A stretch of 37,435 bases of DNA from positions 41,093,397 through 41,130,831 of the forward strand of contig NC_068987.1 in assembly GCF_001194135.2 (NCBI RefSeq), read 5' to 3'. The notes beneath the pieces are model-generated. The model ran no database searches. It saw nothing but the letters and a program-made list of their open reading frames with translations, and was not told the DNA's origin. Source of the DNA: Octopus bimaculoides (taxonomy: Eukaryota). The position numbers and the translations under genes are program-made. Positions 22,349 to 32,728 of this stretch are shown here, one piece after another (the first letter of the stretch is position 1; the number at the start of each line of letters is the position of its first letter).

Positions 22349-24223
22349 TTAAGGACATCCAGCCATAAAAGCCCTACCAAAACAGAGTTAGTAGCCTGGG
22401 GTAGTCCTCTACATGGCCAGCTCCTGTCAACTGTCCTACCCATGCATGCATGGAAGATAGTAAACAACGGTGATGATGATAATGCCTCGTGATTGGTTCA
22501 AGCAGATTTAACACAATCTGCACTTCTATGTCAGTGATTTTGAAGACGACCACCAATTGTTCAAACTGCAGCCAGTTATTGATATTCTGACTGAACAGTT
22601 CAAAACTGTATATTTTGGACCGGGATGTGGCCACTGATGAATGTCTTTGGAAATAGACTTGGATTCAAGCAGTAAAATCCCTCAAAGCAGGTGTGATTCA
22701 GGATAAATGTTTTCAAAGTGTACCAGAGTGGTAGTGTTGTGTCACAATACACGTCCAACTTCAAAGTATACTTCAGTCAGGAGCAGAGTGACATTCTTGT
22801 GAACCAGAAGATTGTGTTGGAGCTGAATGAACATCTGCTTGGCAAAGGGTATAATGTTCATATGAACAACTGGTTCAGTAGCTCTCGGCTTATTCTTGTT
22901 CTCCATTGACAGATAACAAATGTAGTCAGAATGGTTTGTCTGCATTGGAAGGACATTTCCAAGGATCTGAATTTGGCCCTGAAACATGGTGTGATTGACT
23001 TTTGTTCCACCGCAATTGGTTCACTCACTTTGATATGGAAAGATGAAAAGTTTGTGAACATGTTATCCATGCGACATACTGCTGAAATGTCAGAAATTGA
23101 GAAGCGCAGAAACATTGTCCGGAAGCCAAATTGTGTCCTCAGTTACAATGAAGGCATGGGTGGGGTAGATTTTTCCGATCAAATGGCCACATCTCACTCC
23201 TGTGGTAGAAAAACCATCAAATGATATAAGAAAGTGTTTCTCTATCTGCTCGACCTTTGGTTAATGCCTTCCTTGCAATGAAGGTTATGGGGGGAGTCAA
23301 GAACGATTTCTTGATTTTCAACCAGCATTGATCAAGGAGGTGTGTAACAACCACCCTTCTGAAGACTATACGCTACAAGGCAGGCCATTGGCTCTACCTA
23401 GTCCAGCAAGGTTAACAGGCGTTTCCTCATCATTATTCCCTCATCAGAGAGACCACACCTGTACAGATGTGTTCTTTTTATAAAGCAGGGTGTGTGAAAA
23501 GAAACAAACTTTGAATGTGAACAATGTAATGTGTCACTCTGTATGGCACTGTGTTTTCAAATATACCACTCTGAGAAGAATGTGTAGATACACTTTAAAA
23601 TTCTTTGTATGAAAAATTATGTAGTTACTCAACAGTCTAATAACAGTACACAGCACAGACTGTCAGTACTAAATCTGTGTGCAAGGGGTTAAAGGAACAT
23701 TCTGGCTTCAGAAACAAAGAAAAAGGTTGGTGCCCCTGACCTTTGCATGGTGTTACATACTTATGCTGGCGAGAAAATAGGGGAAGAAGACACAACCTAG
23801 GGCTTACTGCTGTAGATCGATTAATAGAAAGCTCTCTACACATTTTTCCTTTGTCGTATAACTAAACTGTATCAGAAGAACTTTTACCAAACCTTGTTAT
23901 TTCCCCCTCTCATACATTGCATCATTCTTCAGTGATAATTTTCAACATAACCAAGTAACTTCAATTTCAGCACTTCATGCCATGATAATCATTTACCTTA
24001 CAGTTGCTAAAACAGAAGGAAATTGATGAATTAAAACCTAACAGTATATTTTAGACTGTTAAACAAGGGCTGAGAACTTTCATCTTTCCAGGGACATTAA
24101 AATATTTTACACATTTTCATTGGAATGGAGATGTTGTTTTCATTAATTAGATGTCCTGCTTCACAAAAATGAGTTTTTGTCCATTGTATAACAAAAAGCG
24201 TTTCTTTTTCTTATATGTTACAG

Positions 24224-24265
24224 CTCCTCCTATAACTGAGAAGATGGCAGATGTTGTGATTACAG
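24224..24265 (+). CDS. Host gene 42-nt symmetric linker exon
   Basis: Acceptor ttttcttatatgttacag, donor GTAATA; phase 1 to 1; xPPITEKMADVVIT; final G plus AG of the next exon gives Glu in frame. Confidence 0.6.
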
Positions 24266-24845
24266 GTAATATTATTTGCTGTTCTTCTTTTTTCAGTCCA
24301 GTGATATGACATCATGGTTACACACTCTCACAAACATACATACATATTTATATGATACGTTTGTTTTTCTAGTGGTAGTAAGGTAGATAAGCACAGTTGG
24401 CTTGAGACATTACATGGAGCAGAAAGTACATATAAAATAAAGAAAAAATGTATATACAACTGCAAAATTTTTGAGTTACTTCTGTATATATCTGTGTATT
24501 TATACATACACTTTGTTTACTTGCCAATGACAGCCCATCAAATGTACTTAAAAATTCGAAATATAAGAAAAATTGTTTTAGTTTCCAATTGTTTCTTATT
24601 TCCTAATTTTTTCTTCATTTTGAATTTTTAGCATTAGATAAGTTATACATACACATCAAAACCAGTAATATTCTATGTCACATAGTGTAACAAATATAAT
24701 ATAAAAGTACTTATCCTGTCCAATTTAAGGAAAAAAAATCTTAAAACCTACTTCTGTGCTGTTTCCTCTTTTATTTTTTACCTACAACTTTTGATTTGTA
24801 TGGTTTCTTAACCCCTTTTCAGCTATATATACATGTGTGTTTGTT

Positions 24846-24888
<43 letters not shown>

Positions 24889-24890
<2 letters not shown>

Positions 24891-26560
24891 CCCTGTTCAA
24901 TATGTAGGAAAGGAGTGGGATGTAATTCCATTTGCTGCACCAAGTGTAAGCTATGGACGCATAAGAGATGCAGTAGAATTGTAGGTAGGTTATGAGATGT
25001 GGTTGCTTTTGGGTGTGGCAGATGCACAGGAACAATAAGTACTAAGAGCATGAGGGACTTAAACTTACTCAAATCCCCAAAAGATTCTCTTGAGGTGGTA
25101 GATAGTTTCTGCTATTTAAGTGACCAAATTAGTAATGGTGGTGGACGCTCTGACAGTATTGTTTCTAGAATAAGAATAGGATGGAGGAAGTTCAGAGAAC
25201 TACTACATCTGTTGGCAACAAAAGTACTCTTTCTGAGAATGAAAAGTAGATTGTATGGTGCTTGTGTGAGAATGGCTGTTACATGGTAGTGAGACAGGGG
25301 CTCAGACTGCAGAAGACATATGTAGTCTGGAGAGGAATAAAGGTAGTATGTTCTGTTGGATTTGCAACATCAGTGTGCATGACCGGCAAATCGCAACTGT
25401 TGAAAAAAAGTTAGGCATAAAAGAGATTGAATGTGTTATGCAGGAGAGGAAATGCATATGAGTGTAGACAGCTGTATAAAGAAGTGCCTATCACTGAAAG
25501 TGGATGGCACCTGTGGAAGAGGGAGTCCTAGGAAGACATGGGATGAAGTGGTGAGGATCAACTTTAGCAGGTTGGGGCTCATGGAGGAAATGACAATAGA
25601 CTGAGAAGTTTAGTAATATGAGGTTCTAGAGAAGACCTGTCTGCGAAACCGAGTACTAGAAGAGTTGTGTCCCTCCATATTTAACAAGACACTTTTTACC
25701 CACTCTATCCTAAGAAACCGAACTCACTTCTAAACTGCATCTTTCTCTTCCCCACATTTCCTCTTCATAAACTGTGATTGTTTCCCAATCCCCTTTCTTG
25801 CCCTCACTGCCTTGCTAGCTGTATCGCTGCTCTCCCCCCACCCCAACACCCACACCATATTTTTCAACCCAGGTTCTATGCTCAGATCCTTGTTACTTGA
25901 GAGTATACCCTAACACTACACCATCTCTCTTCTGCTCTCTCTTTCCCTTGGTCACTCTCTCTCTCCTTCTCTTGTTTTTTCTCTGACTACTTAATCAGGT
26001 TTCTCTTTTACATCAGCACATTTGTTTCTTGTACCTTTCTTTCACTCTCTATCTCTTTACTCTCTCTCTCACTGGGTGACCAAGTACCTCCTCTATAGCA
26101 AGACACCTATTTCTGCCTCTCTATTTCTGTTACACTCTAACCTTTCATCATCTGATACTGGATCACCTACTCTAATGCCTCCTCTGTTGTAGCAAGACAC
26201 CTGCTTCTGTCTCTTTGTCACTAACATTTCATCCTCTGACACAAGTTTCCCTCCTCATATACCCCTACCCCTCTCATAGTTCCTTGTCTTGTGAGTTACT
26301 TAGTTACCCTGCCAGTGCTGGTGTCATGTGAAAAGCATCCAGCTGTAAAAATCTTGTCAAAACTAACCTCGCCTGTGCTAGTGCCAAGTAAAAAGCACTG
26401 AGTCCACTTTGCGGAGTGGTTGGTGTTAGGAAGGGCATCCAGCCGTAAAAGCCCTGCCAAAACAGTTAGTAGCCTAGAGTAAGTTTTCTACCTGGCCAGC
26501 TCCTGTCAACCATCCTACCCATGTATAGAAGATGGACGTTAAATGATGATGATGATGATA
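24889..26560 (+). mobile_element. 5'-truncated RTE-clade LINE (PHD-like finger, RT motif 7, C-terminus, 3' UTR, GAT tail)
   Basis: PCSICRKGVGCNSICCTKCKLWTHKRC..CGRC, then LEVVDSFCYLSDQIS, SRIRIGWRKFREL, RLYGACVR; ends GGACGTTAAATGATGATGATGATG. Confidence 0.9.
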
Positions 26561-26959
26561 CACATGCATACACAAATGTATATATAGCTGAAAAAACGTT
26601 AAGAATCCATACAAATCTGAGGAATTTCCTGAGGTACTGTTAACCTCCTGGTCTCCCACTAACACTCCTGGAGCAGACCTGAGTGTGTGTTTGATCCAGG
26701 TTGGGGCAACTCCAACCAACATTCCTCTAAGGCTCATGGTGTAGTAGGTAAAATGGATGCTGAACTGTTTTGGAGAATGGAATTTATTGCAAACTTTATT
26801 CTGATATATATTGTGATTTACAATGATGGTAGCTATTAATGGTGGCTTCGAGCATTACATGGTAACATGTTTGTGTTGACCTGTGCTAGATATTGCTAAG
26901 AATTTCTATTAATTTCTTTATTTTTCAATTATTTAATCTAATCTTATTTTCTGTTTCAG

Positions 26960-27071
26960 AGGATGAGAAATGTAAATTGGTTGTGAATAATCTTCCTGCT
27001 GACTGTAATGTTGAAGATTTAGCAAAGATGTTTCCTGTTGCTACTGCTATTAAATTATATCCCGCAAAAAG
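26960..27071 (+). CDS. Host gene exon: first half of RRM-B, nucleolin-like
   Basis: Acceptor cttattttctgtttcag, donor GTAAGT at 27072; phase 1 to 2; EDEKCKLVVNNLPADCNVEDLAKMFPVATAIKLYPAK, with RNP2-like LVVNNLP and spacing reminiscent of nucleolin RRM3 (recalled, not searched). Confidence 0.82.
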
Positions 27072-28704
27072 GTAAGTACTTTAGTAATGAGTTGATCAAT
27101 TTGAACATACCTGGTCAGGCACTTTAGACAAGAATGTTTGATTGTAGGCTAGGGCTGCCTTGTATGTTATGAGTGGAATTTAGTGGGTGATCACTGCCAA
27201 AATATGTGTATGTATATACTGAATGTACGTATATAATCTCAGTGATGTATATTAGTGAGAAAACTTACATTACAAATGAAGTTGCTTGTGATATTTGTTC
27301 TCTCTGAATTACACAAATAGTCCATTATTTTCATTGTTATAAATGGTGTGAACTAGTGATTGCTTCACTGGAAACCTAATCAACAACACTATGGTCACAA
27401 AATGCTATAATGTATAATCATATATATATATATANNNNNNNNNNNNNNNNNNNNNNNNNNNNNNNNNNNNNNNNNNNNNNNNNNNNNNNNNNNNNNNNNN
27501 NNNNNNNNNNNNNNNNNNNNNNNNNNNNNNNNNNNNNNNNNNNNNNNNNNNNNNNNNNNNNNNNNNNNNNNNNNNNNNNNNNNNNNNNNNNNNNNNNNNN
27601 NNNNNNNNNNNNNNNNNNNNNNNNNNNNNNNNNNNNNNNNNNNNNNNNNNNNNNNNNNNNNNNNNNNNNNNNNNNNNNNNNNNNNNNNNNNNNNNNNNNN
27701 NNNNNNNNNNNNNNNNNNNNNNNNNNNNNNNNNNNNNNNNNNNNNNNNNNNNNNNNNNNNNNNNNNNNNNNNNNNNNNNNNNNNNNNNNNNNNNNNNNNN
27801 NNNNNNNNNNNNNNNNNNNNNNNNNNNNNNNNNNNNNNNNNNNNNNNNNNNNNNNNNNNNNNNNNNNNNNNNNNNNNNNNNNNNNNNNNNNNNNNNNNNN
27901 NNNNNNNNNNNNNNNNNNNNNNNNNNNNNNNNNNNNNNNNNNNNNNNNNNNNNNNTATATTCTTTTAATGCTACATAGAGTTTAAAAAATTTTTTTAATT
28001 TCCAAGTAAGTACTTAATATTTTTATGTAACTTTCTCTCCTCTTTCTCTTCCTCTCTTACTTTCACACAAACACTCTTTCTCCCTCTCACCTCCCTTTTC
28101 TTCTATGCTGCTATCTATCATGTTCTTTGGGCTTTTCTCCCTTTCTCCTTCCCTTCCTTCCATGCTGCTCTCTGTCACATTCTTTTGCTTTCCCTCTCTG
28201 TTTCTCTGCCCTCTACCATTCCCCTCCCACTACTGACGTGACCTGTGGTTGTTGGTTTAGCTATTTCTTTTCATAACTGGCTGGCTTACCAAGCAGTCGC
28301 ATTTTCTCATTTCCTGCTCTATTTACCTTTCACTATCTCTCTCTGTTAAACCTTTCTGGATATTTTCCCAACATTGACTATTTTCGTTCCCTGTCTGGCC
28401 CTAGGCCTTATTTTGTTCATTTATTTCTACGAGTTCATTTGTATGCCCACAGTTCTGCTTGGTTTCTTCTCTGACCATCGTACATCCATTAATTATCTTG
28501 CTTTGGATTACATTTAATCCACATTTGTATGTTAACTGTCTGTATTGCACACTTGTCTGTTTGTATTTTTTCTGTCTTGTTTTTTGTCTCACCAATTCTT
28601 GTCAGCATTTGCAGTTGGTGCCATCAGTAGGGGATGCAATATTATCGGTTACATGCCAGTAACTCACTGGCCTGATAACTGAGAACTCACTATATATAGT
28701 TCAT

Positions 28705-29417
28705 CGGACGGTTTTGTTAGAAATGGAAAAGAATTGACGATGCAATCAAAACTAATATAAAATTTAAAACACATGGATCTGTTTCATTGGTCGTTTCAAA
28801 TAAGTCTAAAGCTTTACTCTCCTGGGTAAGACTGAAAGAAGGAGTTTTTAAATTGTCACTCCATTCAGGTATTAATTCATTCTCTTTATCGCTATCATCG
28901 AAGCTCTCGGATTCACTGCTTTCGTTTTCGGAAAATGAAACTTCAGATTCATTATCAAATACCACGTGCTTTTTTTTTTTTTTCGGTTACAGAGTTAGAT
29001 TTATCAAGGTCTTCAACGGAAAATCCTTCGAATTCTGACTCGCAGCTTGACAGAATAAAATTTGTATCCATTTTTTTGTCAGGATTACAAATTTTGAAAA
29101 TACAACAGGAACAAATTTGGAAAAAAATCTCCCAAAATTCACAAAATTAAAAAAACGTGTTGATTGTCGTACAAAACTATAGCTGAACTGTTTACACAAA
29201 TAATCATGTATTTTCACGAACGTACTAATGAGATTTGCTTGGATATTCTCATTTAAATATGAATAGGTGATTACGGGCGGTTTTGGGCAGCTTGGTCACA
29301 TGAACCAAAATTTTTTGGGGGCGGCTTGGTCACATGAACCAAAATTTTTTGGGGCGGCTTGGTCACATGGACCAAAATTTTTCTCGGACGGTTTTGGGCG
29401 GTTTGGTAACGAAAGGG
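28705..29417 (-). mobile_element. piggyBac family A 5' fragment (no 3' end)
   Basis: TGGTAACGAAAGGG then TTAT; transposase start at 29071; colinear with 21934-22348 and 32170-32728; left boundary approximate. Confidence 0.85.
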
Positions 29418-30809
29418 TTATGGAGAAATTATTATATATGATGAATTCTTTGGATGCTCTCCCTTCCTCTACCTTGTTTAGCTTATAGCTTACAACTTTT
29501 CCCGATCTTTTGTTTACTAATTATACTGTGATCCATTTTGCCTTGCCCTATTTTAATCATGTAATTTAAACCTTTAGTATAGCGTTTATAGCCTCTCTCC
29601 CGTAATAACTCTATGTAAACCAGCGTTCTTGTTTCTAACGGTTACTTACTTTGCCATATAATATTATAACTCGTACGTAACCTTACCATTTTGCATTTGT
29701 CTTGCTTCTATAGTGTATATAAATGTATGTGTATTTTTTCAATGTGTACAAATAACACGGAAAACCGTTTGTAAAGCTGTTTGGTTGATAATTCCATATG
29801 GTAAGCAGATCAGATCCAACCTCCCTTACCATTTCCATGAAGCTATAGATGAGAATTTCCCCCAAAATTCAAGATACTATTTCATTATCAGTTAGCACCA
29901 AATCAGAATAGGGTTTTCAAACACCAAAAAACTTCTCACAAATCATCTCGTCACATAACAATAAGTTGTTAATGAAAATAATAACATTGATATTATTGAC
30001 ACTAACAAATCTTTCAACAATAATAACAATATTAGTATTTCTGATATAAATTCCAATTGTTTTCATTTCCTTAGCAGTAATTCTAAAGCTAGAAACTCTG
30101 TTTATCAATGTAAAATTACTTCCAGTTCTGACATCTTTATTTTCATCTCAGTTGTCCAAAAGAATATCTAGCCATTACTCTACATTTAGACATATCAATA
30201 AACGCAACAATACTGGCCTCAGTAAATTAATTTGGTTCCTTAAGGAACATAATAAACAATTTGATTTAGAATAGAATATGCTAAGTGCTTTCCTTATGAT
30301 AAAGGTAACTCTTATTGTTCCCTCTGTAACAATGAACTGTATTTCATCCTGTTCTCTGAGAATCCTCTTGTAAACTCGTTTATCATTGCAAGCATTGGCA
30401 AAAACATACCTTTAGTTCCTATAAGTAATTTCTACCAATATATAGAACTCGACCTTTAACTGTCTTCTTACATTTCACTTCCACTAAATATATCTATTTC
30501 CACGCCTTTAAGCTTTATTCCTTTTCAGCTATCGCTCTATATTTCTCCACTATTAGTTTTCTGCTAACTTCTTTCTTTCTCCTCCTTCTCTTTCTATAAA
30601 TTGCCTTTGACATTATATTCAATAATGGTTTTTTTAAAAAATAACTTGCCAGTGTTCCTTCCGTAATATACAATGTCATCACCTGTTAAAATGATGTGAG
30701 AAAGGTTTTTGCTGTTTGAAGAACCTATTCTGATTCGTTATATATATATATGTGTGTATGTATGTATAAATATATATCGAACTAAATTCGATGATTGGCA
30801 CCCATACCA

Positions 30810-32728
30810 AGGTTGTCTCCTTTCCTTTTTTGATGAAGACATTCGCGACACTGCTTTTTGCGACCCTCGATTTTTTTCTAATTTATGGAGATCGGCTGAA
30901 TTCAGAGGGATATCTCTCTGGCAGGCTTTGCTTTTTCTCCCTACAGTTATTTTTTTTTAGGACTAACCAGCTCTTAGTTGCGTTGCTACATCTGCACGGA
31001 ACTGCAGATGGTCGCATCGCTTTCGAGCCGGCCCCGATTTGGTATATAGTATAAACGCATTAGTAATACTNNNNNNNNNNTGGTCGCATCGCTTTCGAGC
31101 CGGCCCCGATTTGGTATATAGTATAAACGCATTAGTAATACTCATATTTACTATATACCAAACCAGGTATCGCCACCATTTATTCCCCCGTCTGCCAACT
31201 GAATAACAAGATATCATCTGATTCAGCCAATTTACACCACCCATGTACCTGTTATAATTGAGGTTCACAAATGGCATGCCATTTTCATCCACATGTGGCT
31301 GTGCACAGGTAGACAGGAAATTAATCTGCCTCTTATCTCTATATGCGGTCGCTAGCAAATTTCCTTTCTGCCGTTGAATTATTTCACCTTTTGTTTTTAA
31401 TTTTGCTTTTTTTATATCCAACTACAGTCCTTTTCTACTAGCAATCACTGTAGCACATGAATGTGTTGCTACAGTATCTAAATTCTCCACAAGTTTGACC
31501 GAATTGAAAAAGCGGTCAAAAAATAATATACGGCCCTGGTTATGGTATGGAAGTGATAAATTCCAGACCACATCATACCCTAGGCCATGCTGACTTACAT
31601 AATTGTCGCTTTTTGCCAGTATAAAATTCAAATCCAGAGCAGTACCCAGTATTTGATTCACAAATCTTCCAAACTTTAATCCCCCATTTTGTGGGCTTTC
31701 CTTGCATATACTGTCGAAAACGCACTCAGCCTTTATAGCCCACCATACCGTCATCAATTGATAAATGTCTCCCTGGTTTATAAACTGTTTTATATGTGTT
31801 TTGAACACAGTCAATGAGGGGTCTTATTTTAAATAAGGGATCAAAGTCTGGTTCTCCACGTACTGGTGTACTGCTCGTGTCTCTTACATGTAGATATTGA
31901 GTCAATTTTAAAAACCGTGTCCTTGTCATTATACTTGAGACATATTCGTCTCCAAAGGGTTCATCACTACTCCAGTAATTTGTTATTCTGGGTGGCTTTC
32001 TAATGCCTATTATAATATTTATGGCAAAATATGCTTTAATTTCATTCAAATTTGTGGGAAACCACAAACTATCCTTTTTTACGCTTTGTTTACATTCAGC
32101 GTAACGGTTTGTTTCCGCCGTAATCAATTCAAATAGGTACATCGGAAAAAGCAAAAAGAAATAGTATAAAGCTTTACTCTCCTGGGAAAGACTGTGACTT
32201 GGTCCAGTTTCTTCAGAAAAATCACTGAAAGAAAATTTTCAAATTTTCACTCCATTCAGGTACCAATTCATTCTCTTTATCGCTATCATCAGAATTCTCA
32301 GATTCACTGCTTTCACTTTGGGAAAATGAAACCTCAGATTCATTATCAAAAACCACGTGCTTTTTTTTTTCAGTTACAGAGTTAGATTTATCAAGGTCTT
32401 CAATCAAAAATCCTTCGAATTCTGACTCACTGCTTGACAGAATAAAATTCGTATCCATGTTTTTGTCAGGATTACAAATTTTGAAAACACAACAGGAACA
32501 AATTTGGAAAAAAATCTCCCAAAATTCACAAAATCAAAAAAACAGGTCGATCGTCGTACAAAAATATAGCTCAACTGTTTACACAGTATAATCACGTGTT
32601 TTCACGAATGTACTAACGAGATTTGCTCGGATATTCTCATTTAAATACGAATAGGTGATTACGGGTGGTTTCGGGTGGCTTGGTCACATGAACCAAAATT
32701 CTTTTTGGGCGGTTTGGTAACGAAAGGG
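30810..32728 (-). mobile_element. piggyBac family A near full-length transposase pseudogene lacking the 3' terminus
   Basis: TIR plus TTAA at 32729-32732; start 32458; ITAETNRYA, YWSSD, MTRTRF, DPLFKIRPL, LSIDDGM, FFDRFFNSV, YNRYMGGVNWLNQ (Asp to Asn changes), start of Cys-rich tail; frameshifted. Confidence 0.92.

Larger units (their letters stand above)
19850..22480 (+). mobile_element. RTE-family 3' UTR/tail inserted into piggyBac B and itself split by piggyBac A
   Basis: Colinear with the uninterrupted copy at 25640-26560; ends GTAAACAACGGTGATGATGAT. Confidence 0.8.
18953..23688 (+). mobile_element. piggyBac family B element (PGBD4-like transposase pseudogene), split by nested insertions
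   Basis: Left end TAAA|CCCCTTGC-GGTACTGAC, right end GTCAGTAC..GCAAGGGG|TTAA; acidic N-terminus and QFLKLF..LIEHICTKTNRY and ILMGL (19350-19845); resumes at 22482 with MPRDWF, LFKLQPVID, TDECL, MNNWFSS, YNEGMGGVDFSDQ and C-terminal CEQCNVSLC. Confidence 0.85.

Noticed and set aside
27979-28005. 27-nt AG...GTAAGT micro-exon candidate after the gap (possible poison exon)
   Set aside because: Weak polypyrimidine tract, adjacent to an N gap, and a stop after two codons in the required phase; unsupported without reads.
10666-29390. Short direct-repeat arrays (10666-10766, 29285-29390) as CRISPR-like
   Set aside because: Units are contiguous without unique spacers, lie inside eukaryotic transposons, and no cas genes are present.
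31009-31142. 62-bp direct repeat inside the piggyBac transposase
   Set aside because: Identical copies sit either side of a 10-N gap: an unmerged contig overlap.
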